Below are positions 18,541-26,440 of a stretch of DNA of 44,219 nt, piece after piece (within the stretch, counting starts at the first letter, position 1; each line of letters begins with the position of its first letter). The DNA is taken from the IMG/VR virus record IMGVR_UViG_3300033757_000175; one strand, 5' to 3'. Made by a program: the position numbers and the translations under genes. The notes beneath the pieces are model-generated. The model ran no database searches. It was not told where the DNA came from and saw only the letters and a list, made by a program, of their open reading frames with translations. Source of the stretch: a virus.

Positions 18541-19686
18541 ATGGCAATTGTTTATGGTCCCGTCTCTGGTTATGGTGCTACTGTAGCTGATCTTGCAGTT
18601 AAAGCTGGACAAGCTCAGGCAGCCAAACAACAGGCTGAGATTACTCAGAAAATCCAAGCTCAAAAGGAATTGCAGCAGATGGAAATTGACTTCCAGAGAA
18701 GTATGAAACTTCTTGATTATCAAATGGAATTGAAGAAAATTGCAGAGGCCAAGCAATGGGAAATCGATAAAATGAAGCTGGCTTCTCAGCTTGATTTTGA
18801 GGCAGAGGAACGCCAACGCATACAGAAACAGCAAGAGCTCGATGCAAGAATTAGAGCCATTGATGAATGTGATTATCTCACTCCTGAGCAAAAAAGTAAA
18901 CTTAAAGCAGCAGTGCAACTTGAGTTCATTGGTGCTAAGGAGGCTGCACAATCTATAGTTAACCCAAAGAAAACTGATCTTTCAACTCTGTTTGATCTAA
19001 CTGGTCATAATTTCTCAGATCAAACAAAAGATTCTACTGTTCCAACTGTAGTTATTGGTAAGTATACCTATCAGCTTGATGAAAAAACTGGTGACCTAAA
19101 ACCAGTTATACAAAAGCCAGCGTCACAACCAGTACAGGAAGAAGGATACTTCTCCAACTATGGAGCAAAGCTGAGAAACGTTATTGACTATCTAGGTACT
19201 AGTCTTGGATTCACTCCATCTGAACAAGATGAGGAAATGGTCCAATCCATTGAGAACCTATTTACTCAACCTATGACTAACTTGGCTGGTGCACATACCA
19301 CTGTTGGTGAAGAAATCTCTAATATTAATTTATTTTTGGATAGTGCTGAAAACAGCAATGCTAGCCATTCTGATGAAATTATCAAAATTCTCAGAAAAAG
19401 AATAAATCAAATTCCCGCCACTTCTGCGGCCATACAACAAGAAGTTAATCAACTTAATGTTAAGTTGGATGCCATGCAGCAGCGACAGAAATTTAATCAG
19501 TATGTCGAAGAAGCAATTGAGCAGCAGAGAAAGAGATGGCAAGCTACACAGCCCAAGCAGTTGAGACAAGGCCGATCTGTAACTTGGCAGCCTAATATAG
19601 AACTGGCTAAAGAAAGAGCTATGCAAAGATTGAACAGCGAAAAGAAGCCTATTATTACCGATACTATCTATGGAGGCATGTGGTAA
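18541..19686 (+). CDS. Coiled-coil virion/internal protein candidate (381 aa)
   Basis: ATG 18541 (MAIVYGPVSG...), trimmed from the TTG at 18508. Long Q/E/K-rich helical region. Confidence 0.5.
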   Translation: MAIVYGPVSGYGATVADLAVKAGQAQAAKQQAEITQKIQAQKELQQMEIDFQRSMKLLDYQMELKKIAEAKQWEIDKMKLASQLDFEAEERQRIQKQQELDARIRAIDECDYLTPEQKSKLKAAVQLEFIGAKEAAQSIVNPKKTDLSTLFDLTGHNFSDQTKDSTVPTVVIGKYTYQLDEKTGDLKPVIQKPASQPVQEEGYFSNYGAKLRNVIDYLGTSLGFTPSEQDEEMVQSIENLFTQPMTNLAGAHTTVGEEISNINLFLDSAENSNASHSDEIIKILRKRINQIPATSAAIQQEVNQLNVKLDAMQQRQKFNQYVEEAIEQQRKRWQATQPKQLRQGRSVTWQPNIELAKERAMQRLNSEKKPIITDTIYGGMW

Positions 19687-22600
19687 TGGCTATTGAAAGA
19701 ACTTTCCTTCAGAAGATCATTGATTCTTTTAAGAGAGGAGATGCCATATCTGATGCTGCAATTGCTGTCAGTGAAGCTCTGAATGGAAATGATCCAGATG
19801 AACTTCAAGAAGCTTTGAACAACTACTATTCCATTGAAGCTACTAATCAGACTGATCCTATTAGTGGTTCTACCATGATGAATCTTCTGTATAGAGCTTC
19901 TAGTACCGTTGGCAGTATCTTTGACGAGATTAAGAATACTGGCATTGGTGCTATCGCTGGTGCTGTTCTTGGTGGTGCTGTTGGTATGCTTGCTGGTCCC
20001 GCTGGTGTTGTTGCTGGTGCTGGGCTAGGTGCTGAACTAGGTGCTGGTGTTACTGCTGGATTGTTTGCCTTCCGTTCTGGAAGAGGAATGTTGTTTGCTG
20101 ACATGAAAGCTAAAGGACTTGATGATTCTACTTCTGATTTCTGGTCACAAGTTGGTGGTTTGGCTATGGTGCCAGCCAATCTAGTCGGTCTTGGTTCCCT
20201 GATGGCTCCTGCCAAACAGGTAGTGACAAAAGAAGCTTCACAACTTCTACGAAAGAGTTTGATTTCGGCCACTTCTAAGGCTGCTCTTACTTATGGAAAG
20301 TCTTGGGGCACTCAAGTTACTGGTGCTACTCTCAACAAAGCTTTGGCTTTAATTGCCGAGGAATCTGCTCTAGAGATGCATAATCATGGAATTGATATTG
20401 ATAAGGAACATCTTATCAATAAGTTGTCGTATCTAGCCGATGGTATTTACGAAGTGGCCGGGCACAAATTGAGCACTCTTGGTAAAACGGCCATTGAAGC
20501 TGCACAGGATTTTGCCTTACTGCCTATTCCTGGTGCATTGATGGAAGCTGGCGTTGGCTATGCCCTGCATCGGCAAAGTCTTCCTCTGTCTCCTCATCTG
20601 ATTGAGAAGGGTAGGCTACAGATTGCATCTTCTAACTTGTCTAAAAATGCAAAGTATAAGGCTAATAGATTTCTTGACAAACTGGCTGTGGAAGAAGGAA
20701 TAGCCAAGCCCATCAGCAAAGTCCAAGAGGAACTAAAAGCTCCTACTCCTGCCGGAGCAAAACAACCTTTGGAACAACTTAATGACATTATTCATGATTG
20801 GGCTGTTGAGTTGCCGGAGATGCAGAAACGTGAACGCATCAGTATTAAAAAAGAAACTGGTAAGCGTATTAAAGAAATGGATAATGTTTGGAAGGATCAC
20901 GATGATCCAGTAGTGGGTTTCTATGCTGGATTGAAGGAGCTTGGTGGTCCATTGAAGGATCAAGAATTCTCACCATTGAAGAATGTTGTCACTGAGGATA
21001 TGATTAGGGATGCCTATCGACACATTAGAGATGAAGCACCACTAGATAGCTTCGATAAAATTCATGCTGTTGAAGGCTTGAATCGTCTTGTGTTTGAAGG
21101 ATTGCTGCCACAGGAAAGCCAACTGACTGCAATGGAAACTGCCTTCGGCAAAGGATTTGTACAGGACCTTGTTCTGGCTAGAAAGAAACTCAAGAACGAA
21201 TCTGCTTGGTCTAAGTTTGTGGATGAATTGAATTTGGCTCGCTCACTGATGGTTTCTATGGATATGAGTTTTGCTCTTAGGCAAGGTGCTTTGTTGGCAC
21301 CAGTTTCACCAAAACAATGGGGAGCAGCATTGGCTTCTGGCTATAGAGCATTCTCCAATCCTAAATATGTGGACTTTATAGATTTGATGCGTCAGACTAA
21401 TCCTAACTATACTCGTCTCAAGAAACTTGGTCTGGCTGAAACGCTTATTGGCAGTCCTGTTTCTAGCGAAGAGTTCTGGGCCAGTAGTATGGCATCGAAG
21501 GTTCCTGGTGTCAAAGCTTCTGAACGGGCTTTTACTACCATGTCTAATGAACTGCGATGGAATTCTGTCTATAAGATTCTTGAGCAAAATCCTAACATCT
21601 CTGATGCTGATCTGAAGTGGGTTATAGATTTTCATAACAACGCTACAGGACGTGGCAATTTGCCAAACTTTCTAAAGAAGTATAGCAATACCCTCAATGC
21701 TCTAATCTTTGCTCCAAAACTTCATATTGGACATGCTAAAGCCTTACTCGATATTTTCAATCCAATGAACCTTACGAGCAAGATTCGTAGAAAGATTATC
21801 GCTAAGGAGTTGGTAGGCTTTGTTGGTGGTGGTTTAGGTCTCCTAGCTCTAGCTAAGAGCAATCCCGGTGTGAAAGTAGAAGATGATCCACGCAGTGCTG
21901 ACTTCGGTAGGCTCATAGTTGGAAACACCAGGATTGATATTTGGGCAGGCTATCAACCCCTTGTCAGAGCAATAGTTCAGTTGTGTACAGGTCAACAGAA
22001 ATCTACAGTAACTGGACGAGTTCTTGATGTGGAGAGAAGGGATATTATCACTCGATTTCTTCGCTCAAAAATGGCTCCGGTTCCTGGACTAGCGATAGAT
22101 ATTTTTACGGGTCAAACATTCTTTGGTGAGAAGATTGACTACAATTCTGCCCAAGTTGACCAGATGATTTATGAGCGACTTACACCGCTGTTTTTCCAAG
22201 ATGTGATCGATGCTATGCGTTATTCCGGTCTATCTACTGGTTTGATGGTAGCACCACTGGCTTGGCATGGTATAGGAACTCTGACTTACAAACCACAAGC
22301 TGGAAGTGATCTATTTCATGCTAGGAATAAATTTGCTCAGGAAACATTCGGTCAGAATTGGGATGATATAGGTCCTGAGGCTCAGAAAGCTCTTACTAAT
22401 GCTGAACCATTGCTTAGACAGTTGGAAGCTCAGATGAAGGCTGAAAGAAGCGATTATTCTTTCTTGAGTCTTATGCTTGAAAATCAGACTAAGGTGACCA
22501 AACAATTGCAAAGTAAGCTTCCTGAAGCTGTTCAAACTGAAATGCGTAGACTTGATTTTCCGATGCCCGGATTGAGTCGAACGATTGGCAATGGTTGGTA

Positions 22601-22826
22601 TCTGAATGACAAACGTTATTCAGAATATCAAACTCTAGTACAGGCTCAGTTACAAGCAGTGCTGCCAGCTATTATAGAGTCTGATGGATGGAAAGCTTTA
22701 CCACCTCTAGTTAGAGCAAAGCTTTTAAAGAACCTGTTCGATGATATCTATACTAGAGTACGTAGATTAATCACCAATAAAGCTAATATAAATGATCTTG
22801 TTCATAGGAAACAAATTCATGGATAG
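19686..22826 (+). CDS. Large internal virion/ejection-type protein candidate (1046 aa)
   Basis: TAATG-coupled ATG at 19686. It has a Gly/Ala-rich hydrophobic segment (GIGAIAGAVLGGAVGMLAGPAGVVAGAGLGAELGAGVTAGLFAF). It is the largest ORF in a genome lacking tail tube or sheath genes, so a tape-measure role is unlikely. Confidence 0.45.
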   Translation: MAIERTFLQKIIDSFKRGDAISDAAIAVSEALNGNDPDELQEALNNYYSIEATNQTDPISGSTMMNLLYRASSTVGSIFDEIKNTGIGAIAGAVLGGAVGMLAGPAGVVAGAGLGAELGAGVTAGLFAFRSGRGMLFADMKAKGLDDSTSDFWSQVGGLAMVPANLVGLGSLMAPAKQVVTKEASQLLRKSLISATSKAALTYGKSWGTQVTGATLNKALALIAEESALEMHNHGIDIDKEHLINKLSYLADGIYEVAGHKLSTLGKTAIEAAQDFALLPIPGALMEAGVGYALHRQSLPLSPHLIEKGRLQIASSNLSKNAKYKANRFLDKLAVEEGIAKPISKVQEELKAPTPAGAKQPLEQLNDIIHDWAVELPEMQKRERISIKKETGKRIKEMDNVWKDHDDPVVGFYAGLKELGGPLKDQEFSPLKNVVTEDMIRDAYRHIRDEAPLDSFDKIHAVEGLNRLVFEGLLPQESQLTAMETAFGKGFVQDLVLARKKLKNESAWSKFVDELNLARSLMVSMDMSFALRQGALLAPVSPKQWGAALASGYRAFSNPKYVDFIDLMRQTNPNYTRLKKLGLAETLIGSPVSSEEFWASSMASKVPGVKASERAFTTMSNELRWNSVYKILEQNPNISDADLKWVIDFHNNATGRGNLPNFLKKYSNTLNALIFAPKLHIGHAKALLDIFNPMNLTSKIRRKIIAKELVGFVGGGLGLLALAKSNPGVKVEDDPRSADFGRLIVGNTRIDIWAGYQPLVRAIVQLCTGQQKSTVTGRVLDVERRDIITRFLRSKMAPVPGLAIDIFTGQTFFGEKIDYNSAQVDQMIYERLTPLFFQDVIDAMRYSGLSTGLMVAPLAWHGIGTLTYKPQAGSDLFHARNKFAQETFGQNWDDIGPEAQKALTNAEPLLRQLEAQMKAERSDYSFLSLMLENQTKVTKQLQSKLPEAVQTEMRRLDFPMPGLSRTIGNGWYLNDKRYSEYQTLVQAQLQAVLPAIIESDGWKALPPLVRAKLLKNLFDDIYTRVRRLITNKANINDLVHRKQIHG
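22127..22162 (+). repeat. Inverted repeat, left copy (inside the 1046-aa gene; encodes EKIDYNSAQVD)
   Basis: tgagaagattgactacaattctGcccaagttgacca; its reverse complement occurs at 23055-23090 with one mismatch. Confidence 0.9.
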
Positions 22827-22992
22827 TTTTGAAAATGATGTTATTGATCGTCTTGCCAGATTGGAAACTAAACAAGATGCTATGACGTGTAAACTTGATG
22901 AACATCTTAAGCATCATTACGATGTTTCCATCAAAACATTGTTTGCTCTAATCTCTGCTGGTTTGTCATTGATTGTGAGTTTATTTAAGTAA
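22819..22992 (+). CDS. Small C-terminally anchored membrane protein (57 aa; holin-like by position only)
   Basis: Last gene of the late arm. MDSFENDVIDRLARLETKQD... ends in the TM helix TLFALISAGLSLIVSLF. An alternative ATG lies at 22792. Confidence 0.45.
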   Translation: MDSFENDVIDRLARLETKQDAMTCKLDEHLKHHYDVSIKTLFALISAGLSLIVSLFK

Positions 22993-23001
22993 ATAAAAAT
23001 A

Positions 23002-23025
23002 GGGGAGCAGCAAAAGCTGCTCCCC
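23002..23025. terminator. Bidirectional intrinsic terminator between the convergent arms
   Basis: GGGGAGCAGC-aaaa-GCTGCTCCCC, a perfect 10-bp stem flanked by aaataaaaat on one side and ttaaattgttt on the other. Confidence 0.85.
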
Positions 23026-23047
23026 TTAAATTGTTTCTAGAGCTTGA

Positions 23048-23308
23048 TTACCAATGGTCAACTTGGGAAGAATTGTAGTCAATCTTCTCATCTTTATATC
23101 TTAAGCCCATACTCTCTAGTGCATCATGATTTACAGAGTATGTTCCATCGCCTCCAACAGTGAATATCACTTCTGAACAGCCATCTCTCTCAATCATTGT
23201 CAAATACATATCTGCACTATCTGAATCCTCCAAAGTAAACTCAAACTCTTCTTGCTGTTCCTTCATCACCCTGACATCAAGTTTCACTTTATTATTTCTA
23301 GTTGCCAT
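23048..23308 (-). CDS. Hypothetical acidic protein (86 aa); the C-terminal 13 aa are duplicated from the 1046-aa virion gene
   Basis: Last ORF of the early arm. It ends ...YKDEKIDYNSSQVDHW, compared with ...FFGEKIDYNSAQVDQM in 19686-22826. Confidence 0.55.
   Translation of the reverse strand: MATRNNKVKLDVRVMKEQQEEFEFTLEDSDSADMYLTMIERDGCSEVIFTVGGDGTYSVNHDALESMGLRYKDEKIDYNSSQVDHW
23055..23090 (-). repeat. Inverted repeat, right copy (3' end of minus-strand ORF 23048-23308; encodes EKIDYNSSQVD)
   Basis: The reverse complement of 23055-23090 equals 22127-22162 except for G/T at one position. Confidence 0.9.
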
Positions 23309-23316
23309 AACTACCT

Positions 23317-23649
23317 CTAAAAATTCTCAATCAAGTCGTTAAAATTAGCAACAAAATGCCAATCACCATTTCTGATATATTCTTGTATTTCATCCTCAAG
23401 ATATACATATCCTGGTCCCCTATCTAGTGGGAAAGCTTTTAGCTTATCTTTATCATTATAAAGTATTCTATAGCTTCCACTACGACCAATCCATTCATAT
23501 ATATCTCCATCTTCTAGATGGAGAGCTTGCTCCTCACAAACAGCATCATCCACTTGATTTAGCCAAGCTTTTTCCAATCTGTCTAGTTCTGCATTCAATC
23601 TTTGTATATCTTTCTTACACTGCTGATATCTAATTTCAATCTCAGTCAT
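23317..23649 (-). CDS. Hypothetical protein (110 aa)
   Basis: Clean ORF that overlaps the upstream gene by 1 nt. Confidence 0.55.
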   Translation of the reverse strand: MTEIEIRYQQCKKDIQRLNAELDRLEKAWLNQVDDAVCEEQALHLEDGDIYEWIGRSGSYRILYNDKDKLKAFPLDRGPGYVYLEDEIQEYIRNGDWHFVANFNDLIENF

Positions 23650-24374
23650 TAGATGCTCACTTTCTTTTCACTGACATAGGGAAGTAGAATTCTATAGTTC
23701 TCATCCAACTGCTCTGTGTCTCTTACATTGTGCTCCACAATATAGTCAATTGCAGCCTTCTGTTGAGCGGAACTACCATGAGCAATAGCCATCCAATAAT
23801 CTCTATCGATTGGTGTTTTAATATCCTTTCCAGTAATAGTGTTGGCAATCACATTCTGACGTTTAGATGAAATGGTAAGTAGTGGCTTAGCCATTGTATA
23901 TGTATCAGTTACATACATTTCTCCATATTCAGGGAATCTATCACCATGATACAAGTCCCTTGCTTTCAGCCATAGATACCGTGCTCGGATAAATGGAATG
24001 TCAAAGTATCCGTTCTTGCCATAATGCACAATTAGGCGGTCAAATTCCCACATTGTATCAATCAATGTCTCAACAACATCTGCATCATATCGTCCTGCCT
24101 CCAGCGCTTTCCTTGTGAGATGATCGTAGATATACTCATCCTCACCAGAAACTTTAATGCACCAACTCAAGATGATTGAAAAATCAGCTTTCAAATTACC
24201 TGATTCAATATCAAGACAGCCCTTCCTTTCTTTTATTCCCATCTCTCTGTTATAGCAACTAGCATGGCTAATTCCATTGTGGCTATGCTCCGAACAGCGG
24301 AATGCCATCCTTTTATCAATTTCTTCCTGTGTCCATCTTGCAGGAATAACAAGACTTGGATGTTTGGGTTCCAT
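23649..24374 (-). CDS. DnaQ/RNase H-fold 3'-5' exonuclease (DEDD type)
   Basis: Motifs CLDIESGNL (DxE), HYGKNGYFDIPFI (D) and YIVEHNVRDTEQL (H..D). Confidence 0.65.
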   Translation of the reverse strand: MEPKHPSLVIPARWTQEEIDKRMAFRCSEHSHNGISHASCYNREMGIKERKGCLDIESGNLKADFSIILSWCIKVSGEDEYIYDHLTRKALEAGRYDADVVETLIDTMWEFDRLIVHYGKNGYFDIPFIRARYLWLKARDLYHGDRFPEYGEMYVTDTYTMAKPLLTISSKRQNVIANTITGKDIKTPIDRDYWMAIAHGSSAQQKAAIDYIVEHNVRDTEQLDENYRILLPYVSEKKVSI

Positions 24375-24383
24375 AAAAATTCC

Positions 24384-24554
24384 TTACCTTTTTTCTACAT
24401 CAGGAAGTGGACAATACTTAAACAACTGGTGCCAATCTGGTGTATAAAATTGTGGTCCACCCGGATAATTACAAGCGTACTCACAGAGCTCACTATCATA
24501 AACAAAACATGGACAATTGCCACAATTTTTCACTTTCAAATCAATATGTTTCAC
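24384..24554 (-). CDS. Cys-rich mini-protein (56 aa), absent from the ORF track
   Basis: GTG start with GGAG upstream. Translation (M)KHIDLKVKNCGNCPCFVYDSELCEYACNYPGGPQFYTPDWHQLFKYCPLPDVEKR. Confidence 0.45.
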   Translation of the reverse strand: MKHIDLKVKNCGNCPCFVYDSELCEYACNYPGGPQFYTPDWHQLFKYCPLPDVEKR

Positions 24555-24742
24555 TGCTCAACTATCTCCAATTTAACTTTCACTATTTTGGCTTCAGGAT
24601 TTTGATACCAGAAAAACGAACTAGATGACAACTCTTCTCTGCGAGATTCAGAAAACAAAGCAGCCTCTGATAATTAGTCCCAAGTAGCTCCACTCCAATA
24701 TCCTTTACCAGGACAATACAACACTAGAGCATGTTCTGCCAT
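24551..24742 (-). pseudogene. 63-codon reading frame interrupted by one in-frame TAA (24674-24676); either two mini-ORFs or an ochre-interrupted gene
   Basis: GGGAG-led ATG at 24742. Translation MAEHALVLYCPGKGYWSGATWD-TAA-LSEAALFSESRREELSSSSFFWYQNPEAKIVKVKLEIVEQ. The final TGA overlaps the GTG of the next gene. Confidence 0.35.
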
Positions 24743-24746
24743 TTTA

Positions 24747-24920
24747 TTACTCCCGTATAATCTTTTCAATATAACCATCCGTAATTACTACAGTTACATC
24801 AAAACAAAGTCCACATTCTTTACAAGAAATACCAAGCACTATCTTCCCTGACTCCAATAATTCGTCGATGTCATAAATCTTGTAGTTCTGCGAGTCGCAA
24901 TAAGGACATCTTATAGTCAT
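24747..24920 (-). CDS. Zinc-ribbon mini-protein (57 aa), absent from the ORF track
   Basis: GAGGAAG SD. Translation MTIRCPYCDSQNYKIYDIDELLESGKIVLGISCKECGLCFDVTVVITDGYIEKIIRE (CxxC...CxxC). Confidence 0.6.
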   Translation of the reverse strand: MTIRCPYCDSQNYKIYDIDELLESGKIVLGISCKECGLCFDVTVVITDGYIEKIIRE

Positions 24921-24934
24921 AAATTTCTTCCTCA

Positions 24935-24957
24935 GACTACCATATTAGATGGTAGTC
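24935..24957 (-). promoter_or_regulatory. Intergenic perfect 9-bp hairpin (RNA processing or attenuation candidate)
   Basis: GACTACCAT-attag-ATGGTAGTC lies between two zinc-ribbon ORFs. No T tract follows. Confidence 0.4.
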
Positions 24958-24969
24958 AGACGCCCTAAT

Positions 24970-25143
24970 TTAGCCTTTCATTCTCCAAGCATACAGTGGG
25001 CACCTAGTGTCCGGACAATCTTCAATTTCCTTCTCATTATAGCCAAAACATTCTAGGCAGAAGCTTCTTATTGCGGCTTTACGACTTGTCTTTGCTCTAC
25101 TGTACAATTTCCTGTACTTTGGTGGGATTTCTCTTTCATCCAT
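24970..25143 (-). CDS. Zinc-binding mini-protein (57 aa) with C-x2-C...C-x4-CPLYxWR signature, absent from the ORF track
   Basis: Translated codon by codon: MDEREIPPKYRKLYSRAKTSRKAAIRSFCLECFGYNEKEIEDCPDTRCPLYAWRMKG. I recall this motif type from many phage genomes. Confidence 0.6.
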   Translation of the reverse strand: MDEREIPPKYRKLYSRAKTSRKAAIRSFCLECFGYNEKEIEDCPDTRCPLYAWRMKG

Positions 25144-25289
25144 TTCTTAAAATCCTCATTGCAGTCTTGACACAAAACATACATCTTACAGGCAAAATCA
25201 TTGCTGCCAGCTTCTCTGCACAACATGGAGTAGTAGTCTAAATGTTTTACAATAGCTCCACATTTGCTACATACGATAGGCACTAACAT
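25068..25289 (-). CDS. Zinc-ribbon protein (73 aa)
   Basis: MLVPIVCSKCGAIV...CQDCNEDF. Its last 76 nt overlap the start of ORF 24970-25143 in another frame. Confidence 0.55.
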   Translation of the reverse strand: MLVPIVCSKCGAIVKHLDYYSMLCREAGSNDFACKMYVLCQDCNEDFKKWMKEKSHQSTGNCTVEQRQVVKPQ

Positions 25290-25722
25290 TTCTAAACCTC
25301 TCTACTGCCTCCTCTACAATAGGCGTAAAGTCTTTCCTCAAGATGTTGTTATTGGCTTTCTCAATACTATATCTAATACGATAATTAGTGCCAGGGCTAA
25401 TCAATCCAATCAGCACAGCCTGTTCTGCTTCTATTTCAGAACCATTCGAATCATCAAATTGATAGAAGAACCAACCATGGCAGGCGTTTAGAATCTGTAG
25501 ATCAGCAAACATAACATCATCAATACTAAGCTTGTCTGCTGCTGTTAGAATCTGCAATGTCAGATCATGTTCAGCAGGAACATACCAATCTACTTCTGGA
25601 AATAGTTTACGAAGGCGATGTACTGCACGTTCTACTTTCTCACAATTATCCTTAATCTTGCCTGTGGTTCCTCTAATTGGATGACTAACATAAATGGTAG
25701 GCCTGTTAAATTCAATTTTCAT
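25267..25722 (-). CDS. Nucleoside 2-deoxyribosyltransferase-like (Rossmann-like) protein
   Basis: GGAG-led ATG at 25722. IYVSHPIRG... near the N-terminus and WYVPAEHD are reminiscent of the deoxyribosyltransferase-like/DUF4406 type. Assignment is tentative. Confidence 0.35.
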   Translation of the reverse strand: MKIEFNRPTIYVSHPIRGTTGKIKDNCEKVERAVHRLRKLFPEVDWYVPAEHDLTLQILTAADKLSIDDVMFADLQILNACHGWFFYQFDDSNGSEIEAEQAVLIGLISPGTNYRIRYSIEKANNNILRKDFTPIVEEAVERFRNVSAYRM

Positions 25723-25735
25723 TAGGCTTCTCCAA

Positions 25736-26056
25736 TTAGAAAACTCCACGTTCTCTCAGTAGAGCACGAAGAAGAATCATATAGGCAATAATATCGCCAG
25801 TTTTCTCCTTCCACTGATCTTCTGAAATTTTTCCACCAAGTGAAAGCTGAAGAAGAAAATCCTTCAAAGCAATAATATGCTTGGTTACAAATCCAAACAA
25901 GGCATACTCAGGAATTGTTTCTAGCAATTCTGCTGCATCTTTAAAATTTCTCAATCTGTCTGTATTCTGAGAGTATTCATTTCCTTTAGTAATCAAGGTA
26001 TTTCTCATCTCTTCAATAGTTTCATCAACCAACTCTAAAAATTTCTCATTAACCAC
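25736..26056 (-). CDS. All-alpha MazG/DUF1599-like nucleotide-associated protein (tentative)
   Basis: GTG start. KGNEYSQNTDRLRNFK followed by long helices resembles small phage NTP-pyrophosphohydrolase-like/Nmad1-type proteins. Confidence 0.3.
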   Translation of the reverse strand: MVNEKFLELVDETIEEMRNTLITKGNEYSQNTDRLRNFKDAAELLETIPEYALFGFVTKHIIALKDFLLQLSLGGKISEDQWKEKTGDIIAYMILLRALLRERGVF

Positions 26057-26060
26057 TATT

Positions 26061-26183
26061 TTACCTTTCCAATATTTTCAATTCATGTATAATCTCATAA
26101 TAAACAACAGTGACAAATACCATTACAATACCAAACGTAAATGGTAGAGTGTCAGTACTTGGAAATAAAATCCAACACGCCAT
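26061..26183 (-). CDS. Possible 40-aa membrane peptide
   Basis: MACWILFPSTDTLPFTFGIVMVFVTVVYYEIIHELKILER. There is no clear SD, and a competing 24-codon ORF starts at the upstream ATGA junction. Confidence 0.2.
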   Translation of the reverse strand: MACWILFPSTDTLPFTFGIVMVFVTVVYYEIIHELKILER

Positions 26184-26218
26184 TAAAAACCAACTGCATT
26201 ACTGCCTCAATAAGTTTA

Positions 26219-26440
26219 TCATTCATATTCGTTGCCCTTTCTTTGTTTTATTGAGTTCATTATATTATTTTGTAACTCTTCAGCATGTCTAAGGTTAGTA
26301 TACTGAAATGCGATGCTGGCTACACTAGCCACATAAGTTCCAATAACTAAATCAAAAGCTGAACCAAATAATACTACCATAAATAAACTTGCTGTGGCTA
26401 TTCCCACTGAATACAAAATAACTTTACTGGAAAAACTCAT
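26219..26440 (-). CDS. Membrane protein (73 aa, 2 TM)
   Basis: VILYSVGIATASLFMVVLFGSAF and LVIGTYVASVASIAF. ATGA-coupled to the upstream ORF. Confidence 0.55.
   Translation of the reverse strand: MSFSSKVILYSVGIATASLFMVVLFGSAFDLVIGTYVASVASIAFQYTNLRHAEELQNNIMNSIKQRKGNEYE

Noticed and set aside
19686-22826. Tape measure protein call for the 1046-aa ORF
   Set aside because: No tail tube, sheath or chaperone-frameshift genes accompany it. The context (fibres, spike, end of the late arm) fits a podovirus internal or ejection protein better. Its function remains unproven.
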